Shown in pieces: positions 10,920 to 21,268 of a stretch of DNA of 64,000 nt (position 1 is its first letter; each line of letters begins with the position of its first letter). The stretch covers positions 3,365 to 67,364 of the forward strand of contig JAFXHH010000010.1 of NCBI GenBank assembly GCA_017536475.1. Direction: 5' to 3'. The notes under the pieces are model-generated. The model was not told where the DNA came from. It saw only the letters and a program-made list of their open reading frames with translations, and made no database searches. Origin of the DNA: Clostridia bacterium (lineage in GTDB: Bacteria; Bacillota; Clostridia; Oscillospirales; CAG-272). The position numbers were made by a program, and so were the translations under genes.

Positions 10920-11061
10920 GGGTTTACCCTTTGGGTTACTTCACGTAGAATGAATCGCTTGGGTTTACCCTTTGGGTTACTTCACGTAGAACGAATCGCT
11001 TGAGTTTACCCTTTGGGTTACTTCACGTAGAACGAATCGCTTGGGTTTACCCTTTGGGTTA
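10920..11061. repeat. 41-bp tandem repeat, 3 full copies plus a 19-nt partial copy
   Basis: Unit gggtttaccctttgggttacttcacgtagaacgaatcgctt at 10920, 10961 and 11002, with two SNPs between copies. The partial copy at 11043-11061 ends in the rplI stop codon. Confidence 0.95.
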
Positions 11062-11505
11062 AGCTTCGCAAACAGAGACCTTCAGCTTTGCACTGACCTC
11101 GGGATATACCTTGACCTCTACCTCGTAAGTGCCGTAAGCCTTGATGTTTTCTCCGAGAACGAGTTTTTTCTTGTCGATCTCTACCGCGTGCTGCTTTTTG
11201 AGCTCCTCGGCGATATCCTTGGAGGTGACCGAGCCGTAAAGACGGCCGTCCGCACCCGAGGTGGCGGTGATCTTAACGGTAAGAGCGCTTATCTTTTCGG
11301 CAAGCGCCTTTGCCGCAGACTTTTCCTCCTTGAGTCTGAACTGCTTGGACTCCTCACGGCTCTTTGCCTCGCTCAGCACCTTGGAGTCGGCCGCAACGGC
11401 AAGCTTCTTGGGGAAAAGAAAGTTGCGTGCGTATCCGTCCGAAACCTCAACTATCTGATCTTTTTTTCCCTGACCCTTAACGTCAGCTAAAAGTAATACC
11501 TTCAT
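11059..11505 (-). CDS. rplI: 50S ribosomal protein L9
   Basis: 148 aa starting [36 protein letters not shown]. Confidence 0.96.
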   Translation of the reverse strand: MKVLLLADVKGQGKKDQIVEVSDGYARNFLFPKKLAVAADSKVLSEAKSREESKQFRLKEEKSAAKALAEKISALTVKITATSGADGRLYGSVTSKDIAEELKKQHAVEIDKKKLVLGENIKAYGTYEVEVKVYPEVSAKLKVSVCEA

Positions 11506-11577
11506 AATATGTTCTCCTGTTTTATAAAATTAATATACGTGTATGCCGATCAGCACATAGTCGTTCGGCAGACCTTT

Positions 11578-13764
11578 TTATTCAGCTTTTTTGATGTCGT
11601 TGTGATCGAATTCAAAGTAATCGTCGATAGCGTCTGTAAGCATCTCACGAACCTTGGCAAGATCCGAGTTTTTGACCTGCGCGCCCGCAACGTCAAAATG
11701 TCCGCCGCCCTTGAGCTTCTCGAGGATCAGCTGAACGTTGATAGCGCCCTTTGAGCGTCCCGAGATCACCACGTCGCTACCCATACGGACCAGAGCAAAC
11801 GAAGCCTCAATGTCCTTGATGCAAAGCAGCTTGTCCGCGACCTTGGAGGCAACGACTCTGTCCTCGGGGGAAGGATCACGGTCAAGATCTATTCCGGTAA
11901 TAGCGATATGCTCGCGATAGATCTTCGCCTTTGACTCAAATTCACCCGTAAGCAAGAGCTCTTCAAGACTTTCGTTAAAAAACTCTCTTACAACGGTGGT
12001 ATGGGCACCGCGGGAGTAGAGGTAATGCGTGATCTCAAAGGTCTGAGCGCCCGCGTTTCTCGTAAAGTTATTCGTGTCGAGCATGATTCCCGACAAAAGA
12101 ACCTCGGCTTCTTCCTTAAGAAGCGATTGACTGAACTTGCTTCTGAGCAATATTTCCGCGACGATCTCCGAAGCGGAGGATTTAGTCGCCTCAACGTACT
12201 GTAGGAAGGGCTCGAAGGACAGCGCATTCGCCAGACGGTGATGGTCGAGAATGGCAATGTTGGATATAGTTTGTGCAAGATCGGCCGCTTCGTAAATGTA
12301 CGGGTTATTTACGTCACAGATAATAAGCACGGTGTCTGCGGAAACAAGATCCTTCGCCGCGTCACGATTAATAAATATTTCATCGTATATTTTAAGCGGG
12401 GCAAGCTGCTCGCAGCATATCTTAAACGCTTCGTTGTCTTTGTTGATAACTATCTTGACCTTGGGACGTTTTTCGGGAGCGATACTCTTGTGTTCGTCTT
12501 CAATGATCGCCATAGCAAAACGCGCCGCACCGACGCAAGAGCCTATCGAGTCGAAGTCGGGATTTGCGTGTCCCATTATTATCACCTCGGACGCACCGCG
12601 GATCTTCTTTTCGAGTATTTCACCGCTGACGCGCGAAACGACGGCAGTATTGTTTTCCATTGTCTTGTGAGTTCCGCCGAAGAAATAGTATCCCGACGAA
12701 TCCTCTCGTCTGATCGCGATCTGGTTACCACCTCTCTTGATGGCGATATCAAGCGCCTCGAAAGCAGCCCTTTCCTTGTCGCGCAGAGAACCGCTTATTG
12801 CGGCGATTCCCATCGAAACTGTGATAGGGAAGCTGTTGTCGCCCATCTTAAGAGACATTATTTGGCTCTGAATATCAAAATCGTTTTGCATCTGCTTGTC
12901 GAGCTCTTGCTTGGAGAAAACGGCGATAAATCTGTCGTTATCGTAAGCCTCGATGAATCCGTTCATTTCCTCCACCCAGTTTTTGAGCTTTGTTTCGACT
13001 GCTGTTGCGACCGAGCTGTAATCTGCACGCACGTATTGTGCAAGCTCCTTTAGGTTATCAAGCATAATATAAGCTACAACAGGGCTTTCTCTTTTTTCTT
13101 TTTCGGCAAGCGAAAGAAGATTTTCGATATCATTGAATACGGTGAAGTAATAGTTCTCGCCGTGCATCTTAAAGATGTACGCCTCTACCTCGTATCTCCG
13201 TCCGTCAGACAAACGCGTGACAGTTGCGCCGTTTGCAACGGACTCCGTTTCGGGAAGCTCAAAAGAAGCTTCCCCGAGGTCGTCACGGCTCTTTGCGATA
13301 GCGATAACCGACTGCATTGAAACCGAGCAGAATTCCGAAAGATCAATGCCGCTTACCGCGCTCTTGTATCCGAGAATGTCCTGGAGCGCACCGTTCATCA
13401 GCTTGACCTTTCCGTTTCCGTCAACGATGGCATACGGGAAGTCGATTATGTAACGAAACATGTCGTAGATCTCGGTTTCAAGCTTGTGAGCCTCGCTCCT
13501 CGCCTTTTTGATCTTGTTATCCTTGATGACGAACGAAAGACATATAAATCCGGCCGATAGAACGTAAAAAGCCGAAAAGACGATTATCATCGTCGAAAGC
13601 GTTTGCTTGTTCTGCAGATGGAATCCGACTATCGCAAGAATTGCAAACAGAACTACTGCCTCGGCAACGCAAAAGATCATAGGGAGAGACAGGTCGAGAT
13701 GAAATCTCGATCTTCGACGCGACTGAGAAGAATTTTTGTTATTTGTCGGTGATTTGACAGTCAT
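11578..13764 (-). CDS. gdpP: c-di-AMP phosphodiesterase GdpP (YybT)
   Basis: 728 aa. It has two N-terminal TM helices, a PAS/GGDEF-like middle, DHH motifs (GHANPDFDSIGS, LDHHR) and a DHHA1 GGGH motif. Conserved yybS-yybT-rplI synteny. Confidence 0.9.
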   Translation of the reverse strand: MTVKSPTNNKNSSQSRRRSRFHLDLSLPMIFCVAEAVVLFAILAIVGFHLQNKQTLSTMIIVFSAFYVLSAGFICLSFVIKDNKIKKARSEAHKLETEIYDMFRYIIDFPYAIVDGNGKVKLMNGALQDILGYKSAVSGIDLSEFCSVSMQSVIAIAKSRDDLGEASFELPETESVANGATVTRLSDGRRYEVEAYIFKMHGENYYFTVFNDIENLLSLAEKEKRESPVVAYIMLDNLKELAQYVRADYSSVATAVETKLKNWVEEMNGFIEAYDNDRFIAVFSKQELDKQMQNDFDIQSQIMSLKMGDNSFPITVSMGIAAISGSLRDKERAAFEALDIAIKRGGNQIAIRREDSSGYYFFGGTHKTMENNTAVVSRVSGEILEKKIRGASEVIIMGHANPDFDSIGSCVGAARFAMAIIEDEHKSIAPEKRPKVKIVINKDNEAFKICCEQLAPLKIYDEIFINRDAAKDLVSADTVLIICDVNNPYIYEAADLAQTISNIAILDHHRLANALSFEPFLQYVEATKSSASEIVAEILLRSKFSQSLLKEEAEVLLSGIMLDTNNFTRNAGAQTFEITHYLYSRGAHTTVVREFFNESLEELLLTGEFESKAKIYREHIAITGIDLDRDPSPEDRVVASKVADKLLCIKDIEASFALVRMGSDVVISGRSKGAINVQLILEKLKGGGHFDVAGAQVKNSDLAKVREMLTDAIDDYFEFDHNDIKKAE

Positions 13765-15005
13765 TAGTTATCTCCTTTATTGTAAAATTCCTTCGCCCAG
13801 GAGTCGATCTTTCGCGTGATCACGAAAAATGCTCCGACAAGCGCAAGAAGAATGAAAAATGACGAGAGTTGGTTGAAAAGCAGGATAATGAGCAGTGCTA
13901 TCGGTATGATGCCCAGAATTCCAAGCTTTTTCGGAAGGATCATTACGGCACCGATACCCGTCAGAGCAAGACAGGGAATAAGCATGAAGGAAATGTTGCC
14001 GAAAACGACCGCAATAAAGGACGTGTTGTTGGAGGCATCGGTCGTAAACGACATAATGTGTGCCGCGAGGAAGACCAACGCCGTCAGCGCGCTGACGGAT
14101 AACGTCCTGCTCTTAACAAGTGTTGCCTGATCGAAGTTCTGCGCCTCCAAAAGATCGTTTTTCAATGAGTGGATAACGAACGATAAGGAAAGGCAAAGCG
14201 CAACGATAAGTCCGGGGGCTAAATTGACGTAGGAATTGACCATCTCGGATATCTCGCTGTAAAGCGACTGCGTAAGCTCGGTCTGACCGACAAACGAGAT
14301 ATATTCCTCGGTAAAGGTCTCGAAAAAGATTCGTATATCAGATGCAATGCTTGTCATCGTCTCGAATGAAAGATTGCCGTAACGCGAATATGTTGAGAAC
14401 GCAAAAATAGCGATCAGCGGCGCTATAAGTGACACGGTACAAGTAAGCACCGAAGCGTTCAGATCCGATCTCAGCAGAGAAGCGAGTCCGAGCGCAAGCG
14501 CGGGAATCATAAAGATCAGCGAAAATAATGAACGAACAGGATCAAGAGTGATCACTAAGGATATGGCGTAGCTCAAGATCGGCGTAACGATCGCGAAGAA
14601 AACGTTTTTCTTGCCGCAGGCGCAAATAAGAGCAGAGTAGGCACAAACGCCGCAGACCGCACCAAGCACGATCGCGGGAATCAGCGGCGAGCCCGAAAAC
14701 GAGATAAAGATCAAGCTTATGAGCACCGTCAGAAAGGTCCAGCGGATCTTTTTGACCAGAAGCCACGCGAACAAAACGCACGCAACTACCATAGCCCATG
14801 CCCAGATCTCAAGATGAGTTTTAGAGTTGCCAAAGAGCAGAGGCGTCAGCATGGAAAAGAGCAGAGCCGTCACGGACAGCATAAAACAGCACGAATAGGA
14901 CAGCTTCCCCGGTTCGCGATAATGAAGCTCCTGAATGTCTTTGTGAGACATTGGACGGGCTTGATTTGCAGATCTGTATCCGTTCATAGCGACTCCTTTC
15001 TTCAA
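13764..15005 (-). CDS. YybS-like polytopic membrane protein (DUF2232)
   Basis: 413 aa, multi-TM. Its stop overlaps the gdpP start. Sits in the yybS position of the Firmicute yybS-gdpP-rplI-dnaB block. Confidence 0.7.
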   Translation of the reverse strand: MKKGVAMNGYRSANQARPMSHKDIQELHYREPGKLSYSCCFMLSVTALLFSMLTPLLFGNSKTHLEIWAWAMVVACVLFAWLLVKKIRWTFLTVLISLIFISFSGSPLIPAIVLGAVCGVCAYSALICACGKKNVFFAIVTPILSYAISLVITLDPVRSLFSLIFMIPALALGLASLLRSDLNASVLTCTVSLIAPLIAIFAFSTYSRYGNLSFETMTSIASDIRIFFETFTEEYISFVGQTELTQSLYSEISEMVNSYVNLAPGLIVALCLSLSFVIHSLKNDLLEAQNFDQATLVKSRTLSVSALTALVFLAAHIMSFTTDASNNTSFIAVVFGNISFMLIPCLALTGIGAVMILPKKLGILGIIPIALLIILLFNQLSSFFILLALVGAFFVITRKIDSWAKEFYNKGDN

Positions 15006-15221
15006 ACGGTGCGTTCAATACAAACAATAACGCATTATAGTATCATATAATTATATCATATAAATGTGAGTTTGTAAACAGAATTTTCGAAATTTGCACA
15101 GTTTTATATATATTTAATGAAATATTTTGCCAAAATTACACTTCGCCCGTATCTTTTGTGCTTCCAAAGTAGATCTACGAGAAAAAAAGAAAAGAAATTT
15201 TGGAAAAATTTCAAAAAACTA

Positions 15222-15250
15222 TTGCAATTCAAAAAAAAGTATGATATAAT
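15222..15250 (+). promoter_or_regulatory. sigma-A promoter of the rimP-nusA-infB operon (TTGCAA-17-TATAAT)
   Basis: TTGCAA at 15222-15227, a 17-nt spacer, TATAAT at 15245-15250, preceded by an AT-rich UP-like region. Confidence 0.65.
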
Positions 15251-15342
15251 ACGATGTAGTGTATAGAGAATGCTGGAGTGGGTTGAGAGATCCACTCTTA
15301 AATTTTGTCTTGTCACAAATGGGAAAGGATTTGGTTGTATTT

Positions 15343-15825
15343 ATGAAATCTAACGGAAACAAAAATATCGCCTCTGTTGTAAAGGAGCTTGTAACTCCCA
15401 CGGCAGAAGAAATGGGATATTACCTCTGGGACGTCGAGTTCGTAAAGGAAGGCGCGGATAAATATCTGCGTATCACGCTTGATAACGAAGACGGCATCAC
15501 GATAGAGGATTGCGAAAAATTTCACAGAGCGATAGATCCCATTCTTGACGAGGCAGATCCCATCAGCGAGGCGTATATCCTTGAGGTCTCGTCCCCCGGA
15601 ATCGAGCGCGAGCTTAAAACGTCGGCGCATATCGAAGCCTGTGAGGGCTGGGACGTCGAGGTAAGACTCTATGCGGCAAGAAACGGTTCGAAGGTGTTTC
15701 GCGGAGTGCTCTGCGGATACGACGAGCAGGATAATATAGTTATCGAATCGGGAAAAGAAAAGGTCAGCTTCAAGCCCGACGAGATAGCAAAGATCGCCAC
15801 CTACTACGATTTCGGAAAATCGTGA
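15343..15825 (+). CDS. rimP: ribosome maturation factor RimP
   Basis: Matches the RimP core (LEVSSPGIEREL). The start was chosen at the MKSNGNK ATG by N-terminal alignment to Bacillus RimP. The ORF is open from 15259. Confidence 0.88.
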   Translation: MKSNGNKNIASVVKELVTPTAEEMGYYLWDVEFVKEGADKYLRITLDNEDGITIEDCEKFHRAIDPILDEADPISEAYILEVSSPGIERELKTSAHIEACEGWDVEVRLYAARNGSKVFRGVLCGYDEQDNIVIESGKEKVSFKPDEIAKIATYYDFGKS

Positions 15826-15883
15826 CAAACAGAGAAAAAATAAGAATCACAAACGTATAAAGATTGAAAGGATTTTTGGATCA

Positions 15884-16936
15884 ATGAACACAGAGTTTTT
15901 TACAGCACTTGAGCTTCTCGAAAAGGAAAAGGGCATTCCCCAGGCGTATATGATCGAAAAGATCGAGGCGGCGCTGGTATCCGCGTTTAAAAAGGAATAC
16001 GGAAACAATACTAACGTAAGAGTGCATATCGACCCTGCGAAAAAGGACGTAAGAGTATTTCAGCAGAAGGAAGTCGTTGAGGTGGTAGAGGACCCCGCAA
16101 CACAGATCTCTCTCGTAGACGCAAAGGCTATGAGCAAGAGAAACGTGCTTGGCGGCACGGTCGAATTCGAAGTAAAGACTAAGAATTTCCGCCGTCTTTC
16201 CGCGGGTGCGGCTAAGTCTGTTATCATTCAGGGCATACGCGAGGGTGAGCACAGAGCTATGCAGGAGGCGTATGAGTCCAAGCGCGAGGAGATCATCACC
16301 GCAACCGTACAGAAGATAGACTACGAAACGGGCAATATCCTTCTTGACACGGGTACGGGTCACGCGACCCTTCTTCGTTCCGAGCAGATCCCGGGCGAAT
16401 ACTATGAGGTCGGCGACAAGATCAAGGTGTTCATTCAGGAAGTAAACAAGGAGCTTCGCGGACCTTTGGTTACTCTGTCGAGAGTTCATTCTGGTCTCGT
16501 AAGACGTATGTTTGAGCTTGAGATCCCCGAGATCACAGACGGTATCGTAGTTATCAAGGGCGTTTCGAGAGAGGCGGGCTCGAGAACCAAGATCGCAGTC
16601 TACTCCAGAGACGAGAGCGTTGACGCAGTCGGCGCTTGTATCGGTGCTCACGGAATGAGAATAGACAGTATTCTCAGCGAACTCGGCGGCGAGAAGATAG
16701 ACATCATCAACTATAGCGAGGATCCCGCAGAGTACGTGACCGCAGCGCTTTCTCCCGCAACCGTTATTTCGGCGGAGATGGAGAGTGAGAGATTCTGCCG
16801 TGTCGTAGTTGCTCCCGATCAGCTTTCCTTGGCGATCGGCAAGGAAGGACAGAACGTTCGCCTTGCGGCAAGACTCACTGGTATCAAGATCGATATCAAT
16901 GCCGAGGGACTTGAAAAGGCTCCCAGAAACAACTGA
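15884..16936 (+). CDS. nusA: transcription termination/antitermination factor NusA
   Basis: 350 aa with S1 and KH regions (e.g. LSLAIGKEGQNVRLAARLTG). Lies in the expected operon context. Confidence 0.96.
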   Translation: MNTEFFTALELLEKEKGIPQAYMIEKIEAALVSAFKKEYGNNTNVRVHIDPAKKDVRVFQQKEVVEVVEDPATQISLVDAKAMSKRNVLGGTVEFEVKTKNFRRLSAGAAKSVIIQGIREGEHRAMQEAYESKREEIITATVQKIDYETGNILLDTGTGHATLLRSEQIPGEYYEVGDKIKVFIQEVNKELRGPLVTLSRVHSGLVRRMFELEIPEITDGIVVIKGVSREAGSRTKIAVYSRDESVDAVGACIGAHGMRIDSILSELGGEKIDIINYSEDPAEYVTAALSPATVISAEMESERFCRVVVAPDQLSLAIGKEGQNVRLAARLTGIKIDINAEGLEKAPRNN

Positions 16937-16963
16937 TAAGGCTTTTGAAAAAAGTTTATAAAA

Positions 16964-17260
16964 ATGGAAAATAATAATCAGAAAATGCGTAAGGTTCCGA
17001 TGCGTCAGTGCCTCGGATGCAACGAGCATAAGCCTAAGCGCGAAATGATAAGAGTCGTAAGGACTCCCGAGGGCGCGGTCGAGCTCGATTTCGTCGGCAA
17101 AAAGTCAGGCAGAGGAGCGTATATTTGCCCCAAAAGATCCTGCTTTGCAAAGGCGAGAAAGTCAAAGAGAATAGAGAATATTCTCGAGGTAAAGCTCCCC
17201 GAGGAGATATACGATCGGATGGAGCAGAGCATTTCGGAGGCAGAGGAACAGAATGGCTGA
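16964..17260 (+). CDS. ylxR: YlxR/RnpM family RNA-binding protein (DUF448)
   Basis: 98 aa with the motif RQCLGCNEHKPKREMIRVV...GRGAYIC. Conserved position after nusA. Confidence 0.9.
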   Translation: MENNNQKMRKVPMRQCLGCNEHKPKREMIRVVRTPEGAVELDFVGKKSGRGAYICPKRSCFAKARKSKRIENILEVKLPEEIYDRMEQSISEAEEQNG

Positions 17261-17603
17261 CGAAAAGAACCTGCTTGGGCTTATCGGCATCTGTAAAAGG
17301 GCAGGCAAGACCGTCGTCGGAGTGCCGATGATATGCGAGCATTTGCAGAAATACCGTAAGAAGCGTCCGATCGGCGAAGAGAAGACGACCGAGCTGATCG
17401 TCATCGAAGCGTCGGACACCTCAAACAATACGCATAAAAAAATCAGCGACAAATGTATATACTATAAAGTGAAGCACGTGAGAATAGAGTCGAGTTGCGA
17501 AATTTTGGGCAGAGCAGTCGGCAAGAGTGCTGTCGCGGCTGTGGCTATAGCAGATGAAAGCTTTTGCCGCGCGATCTTGGGAAAGCTTCCCGAGGACAAT
17601 TAA
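17253..17603 (+). CDS. ylxQ: L7Ae/YlxQ family RNA-binding protein
   Basis: 116 aa containing LGLIGICKRAGK. Conserved position between ylxR and infB. Confidence 0.8.
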   Translation: MADEKNLLGLIGICKRAGKTVVGVPMICEHLQKYRKKRPIGEEKTTELIVIEASDTSNNTHKKISDKCIYYKVKHVRIESSCEILGRAVGKSAVAAVAIADESFCRAILGKLPEDN

Positions 17604-17640
17604 AACATTGCAGTAAACCGGAAAGGTATGGGTATAATTT

Positions 17641-20550
17641 ATGGCAGTAAAACCTCAGATCAAAGCGAATCAACTTGCAAAGGATCTCAATCTTAAGAGT
17701 AAGGAAATAACCGACATAATGGCGGGAAAGGGAATCGAGCTGAAGACTCAGAAAGCACTTGAGCCTCACGAGTTCGACGTTCTTTTCGACGCGCTTACGT
17801 CGGCTTATCAGATCGAAGGAATCGACGATTATATAGACGGAGTTACCTTCATTCCCTCCAAGCTTGAAAAGGTCGAGAAGAAGGCTACCGCAAAGGCAGA
17901 GCCCACAAAGGAGATTGCCGTTGAGGAAAAGAAGACCGAGGAGCCTGTAAAGGCGGAGTCGGCAGAAAAACCGAATAAGAGCGAGAAGTCCTCTCCCAAG
18001 AGCGAGAAGGCGGCACAGCCCGAAACCAAAGCAAAGGAGGCTGTCGCTGCCAAGACGGACTCCGAGCCCAAGAAAGAAAACAAGGAAGAGAAAAAGAATC
18101 CCGAGCCCACAGCTCCCGTCCTCAAGACTCAGCCCAAGGTCGACAGAGCAGAGGCGCTTGCACGTGCGGCGGCAATAGAAAAGGCGGCACAGCAGAAGGC
18201 GGCGCAGAGAGCTGCACAGGGCGGCAATCAGGATAACAGACAAAGACCTGATAATAACAGAAGAACCGAGGCTCCCCGCCGTGACAGGCCCGCGTTTGAG
18301 CAGAGACCCCAGGGTCAGCAGGCTCAGCAGGGACAGCAGCGCAATCAGCCGCAGACTAACGACCGTTTCTCGCGTATGGGAACTCCCAACTTCGACAGAC
18401 AGGCGGCACCTCAGAGAAGAGACGACCGCAAGCCTCAGAAGCCTCAGTTCAACAATAACAGAGGCGGTATGGATAAGGATGATTATATCCCCTCCGCACC
18501 CAGAGAGAAGTTTCAGCCTCAGGCAATAGTCCGCGCACAGACCCCCAAGGGCGGCGACGGCACGAGCAAGAAGGGCGCGGCAAAGACCGTCGATATCCGT
18601 ACCTCAAGCGTAGATCTTTCCAAGTACGACGAGAAGCTCGATACCTTCGTTTCCGAAAACGAGAGAGACTTCCGCGGCGGAAACCAGAAGCTCAAGAAGC
18701 AGCAGAACCAGTCGAGACAGGAAAACAGCTTTGGCGGTAAGGGTAAGAACGGCAAGAAGGGCGGCAAGCCCGAGCATAAGCAGCCCGTGACTATCATCAA
18801 GGGTCCCTTGAAGGTTCAGATCCCCGACGAGATAATCGTCAGCGATCTCGCGGCAATGCTTAAGGTCACCGTCGGTGAGGTCATCAAGAAGCTGATGCTT
18901 CTCGGCGCAATGGCGACCGCAAACCAGACCATTGACTTCGACACTGCGGCGCTCGTAGCAGTCGAATGCGGGGCAGAGCCCGAAAAGGCAGTAGTCGTTA
19001 CCATCGAGGAAAAGCTCTTCGACGAGACCGAGGACGCTCCCGAGCAGCTTGAGACCCGTGCTCCCGTCGTCTGCGTAATGGGACACGTTGACCACGGTAA
19101 GACCTCGCTCCTCGACGCTATCAGACATACTAACGTGACCACGGGAGAGGCCGGCGGTATTACCCAGCACATCGGTGCTTACAGAGTAAAGATCAACGGT
19201 CAGGATATCACCTTCCTTGACACCCCCGGACACGAGGCGTTCACCGCAATGCGTGCCCGCGGAGCACAGTCCACCGACATCGCTATCCTTGTTGTAGCTG
19301 CAGACGACGGCATCATGCCCCAGACTGTTGAGGCAATCAATCACGCAAAGGCGGCAGGAGTAGATATTATAGTTGCTATCAATAAGATGGATAAGCCCAC
19401 TGCAAATCCCGACGCGGTCAAGCAGGAGCTTACCAAGTACGACCTTGTTCCTGAGGAGTGGGGAGGAGACGTTATCTGCGTTCCCGTATCTGCTCTTACA
19501 AGAATGGGTATAGAGGACCTTCTCGAGAACGTTCTTCTCGTAGCAGAGGTCAAGGAGCTCAAGGCTAATCCCAACAGACGAGCAAAGGGTCTTGTTATCG
19601 AGGCGAAGCTCGATAAGGGACGCGGACCCGTTGCTACCGTCCTCGTTCAGAACGGTACGCTTCATAACGGAGATATCGTCATCGCAGGTACGTCCGTAGG
19701 ACGTGTCAGAGCTATGACCGACCATAACGGTAAGCTGCTCAAGGTTGCAGGTCCTTCTGTTCCCGTTGAGATCATTGGTCTTGCCGAAGTTCCCACCGCA
19801 GGTGACGAGTTTGCGGCAGTTGAGGACGAGAGAATGGCAAGAGAGCTTGCAGATCAGAGAAAGTCCAAGGCTAAGGAGGAATACTTCAAGGCTAACGCAA
19901 GAGCAAACCTTAACGACCTGTTCGCTCAGATCAGCGAGGGTATCAAGGATCTCAATATTATCGTCAAGGCAGACGTCGTAGGCTCTGCCGAGGCAGTCAA
20001 GGCATCGCTTGTCAAGCTGGCAAACGAGGAGGTAAGAGTCAACGTTATTCACTCCGCAGTCGGAGGAATTACCGAGGGCGACGTTACCTTTGCGGCGGCA
20101 TCCAACGCGATCATCGTCGGATTCAACGTTCGTCCCGATAAGGCGGCGCTTGACTCTGCAGAGAGACAGGGTGTCGATATGAGAATGTACCGTGTCATCT
20201 ATCAGTGCATCGAGGAGATCGAGGCAGCGATGAAGGGTATGCTTGCTCCCAAGTTCCGCGAGAATCTGCTCGGTCACGCCGAGGTCCGTCAGACTATCCA
20301 CGTACCCAACGTTGGTACGATCGCAGGTTCGTATATTCTTGACGGTAAGATCGCAAGAAACGCGCAGATCCGTGTCGTTCGTGACGGTGTGGTAATCTTC
20401 GAGGATAAGATCTCGTCGCTTAAGAGATTCAAGGACGATGCCAAGGAGGTAGCGCAGGGCTACGAGTGCGGTGTCGGTCTCGAAAGATTCAACGACATCA
20501 AGGAAGGCGATATTCTCGAGGCGTTCGTGATGGAAGAGATCGAAAGATAA
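17641..20550 (+). CDS. infB: translation initiation factor IF-2
   Basis: 969 aa with a low-complexity K/E/Q/A-rich N-terminal region and GTPase motifs ([21 protein letters not shown]). Confidence 0.97.
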   Translation: MAVKPQIKANQLAKDLNLKSKEITDIMAGKGIELKTQKALEPHEFDVLFDALTSAYQIEGIDDYIDGVTFIPSKLEKVEKKATAKAEPTKEIAVEEKKTEEPVKAESAEKPNKSEKSSPKSEKAAQPETKAKEAVAAKTDSEPKKENKEEKKNPEPTAPVLKTQPKVDRAEALARAAAIEKAAQQKAAQRAAQGGNQDNRQRPDNNRRTEAPRRDRPAFEQRPQGQQAQQGQQRNQPQTNDRFSRMGTPNFDRQAAPQRRDDRKPQKPQFNNNRGGMDKDDYIPSAPREKFQPQAIVRAQTPKGGDGTSKKGAAKTVDIRTSSVDLSKYDEKLDTFVSENERDFRGGNQKLKKQQNQSRQENSFGGKGKNGKKGGKPEHKQPVTIIKGPLKVQIPDEIIVSDLAAMLKVTVGEVIKKLMLLGAMATANQTIDFDTAALVAVECGAEPEKAVVVTIEEKLFDETEDAPEQLETRAPVVCVMGHVDHGKTSLLDAIRHTNVTTGEAGGITQHIGAYRVKINGQDITFLDTPGHEAFTAMRARGAQSTDIAILVVAADDGIMPQTVEAINHAKAAGVDIIVAINKMDKPTANPDAVKQELTKYDLVPEEWGGDVICVPVSALTRMGIEDLLENVLLVAEVKELKANPNRRAKGLVIEAKLDKGRGPVATVLVQNGTLHNGDIVIAGTSVGRVRAMTDHNGKLLKVAGPSVPVEIIGLAEVPTAGDEFAAVEDERMARELADQRKSKAKEEYFKANARANLNDLFAQISEGIKDLNIIVKADVVGSAEAVKASLVKLANEEVRVNVIHSAVGGITEGDVTFAAASNAIIVGFNVRPDKAALDSAERQGVDMRMYRVIYQCIEEIEAAMKGMLAPKFRENLLGHAEVRQTIHVPNVGTIAGSYILDGKIARNAQIRVVRDGVVIFEDKISSLKRFKDDAKEVAQGYECGVGLERFNDIKEGDILEAFVMEEIER

Positions 20551-20643
20551 TCGAAAATATCAATTTTGAATATTCACGCAAATATTCAGTTCTTAAAGCA
20601 AATATTCATAAAGATCCAGATATAACCCCGCACAGATCAAAAT

Positions 20644-20675
20644 GCAGGCTCCATATCCGTGAGCCTGCTTTTTGA
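20644..20675 (+). terminator. intrinsic terminator after infB
   Basis: Stem GCAGGCTC...GAGCCTGC followed by TTTTTG. Confidence 0.75.
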
Positions 20676-20706
20676 TTTAAAGCTTTAGATGATAGGAGGT
20701 GGGAAA

Positions 20707-21132
20707 ATGACTTTTGAAAAATCCTGCGGCGCGGTAGTTTTTCGCAACGAGCGAAAGGACGGTCAGCTTCAAAGATACGTGCTTATGATAAAGCATTCGG
20801 TTCACGGACACCATTCGTTCCCGAAGGGACACGTGGAGTTGGGGGAGACCGAGAAGATGACTGCGGAGAGAGAAGTCTTTGAGGAGACTGCGGTTCGTAT
20901 ACATATCAACGAGAAATTCAGACAGCCCGTGTATTACAGACCCAAGCCTGGAGTAAAAAAAGAAGTCGTTTATTTTCTCGCCTTTACAAGACAGACCGAG
21001 ATAAAAGCTCGTCCGGGAGAGGTCGCAGAGGTCGATTGGATACCCGTTGAACAAGCGGAATCGTTGCTCACTCACGGCAATGATAAGAAGGTCTTGTCGC
21101 TCGCGATCGAGTATATCGAGGGCAAGCGCTGA
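20707..21132 (+). CDS. NUDIX hydrolase
   Basis: Nudix box GHVELGETEKMTAEREVFEETAV. GGAGG lies upstream of the ATG at 20707. Confidence 0.85.
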   Translation: MTFEKSCGAVVFRNERKDGQLQRYVLMIKHSVHGHHSFPKGHVELGETEKMTAEREVFEETAVRIHINEKFRQPVYYRPKPGVKKEVVYFLAFTRQTEIKARPGEVAEVDWIPVEQAESLLTHGNDKKVLSLAIEYIEGKR

Positions 21133-21220
21133 TATCCCTTTCGTTCGAAACTAACGGACGAACCGCTGTTCAAATTGTGTATAAATATACACTGTTTGCT
21201 GATATCAAACGACATAAAGA

Positions 21221-21262
21221 AGCGTTCAAGGCATCGAAAGGATAGCCTCGAACGCTTTTTTT
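21221..21262. terminator. bidirectional terminator (NUDIX gene / feoB convergent)
   Basis: Stem AGCGTTC.AGGC...GCCT.GAACGCT followed by a T-run. Confidence 0.65.
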
Positions 21263-21268
21263 GAAAAT

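Noticed and set aside
10920-11061. The 41-bp repeats considered as a CRISPR array.
   Set aside because: - The copies are directly adjacent with no spacers.
- There are no cas genes in the window.
- The unit derives from the local rplI/dnaB junction, so it is a tandem duplication and not a CRISPR array.
20568-20608. Three copies of (C)AAATATTCA, the first within the palindrome GAATATTC, between infB and its terminator.
   Set aside because: The motif is short and AT-rich and sits in a 3' UTR. The spacing is irregular (12 and 20 nt), there is no obvious partner gene, and chance cannot be excluded.
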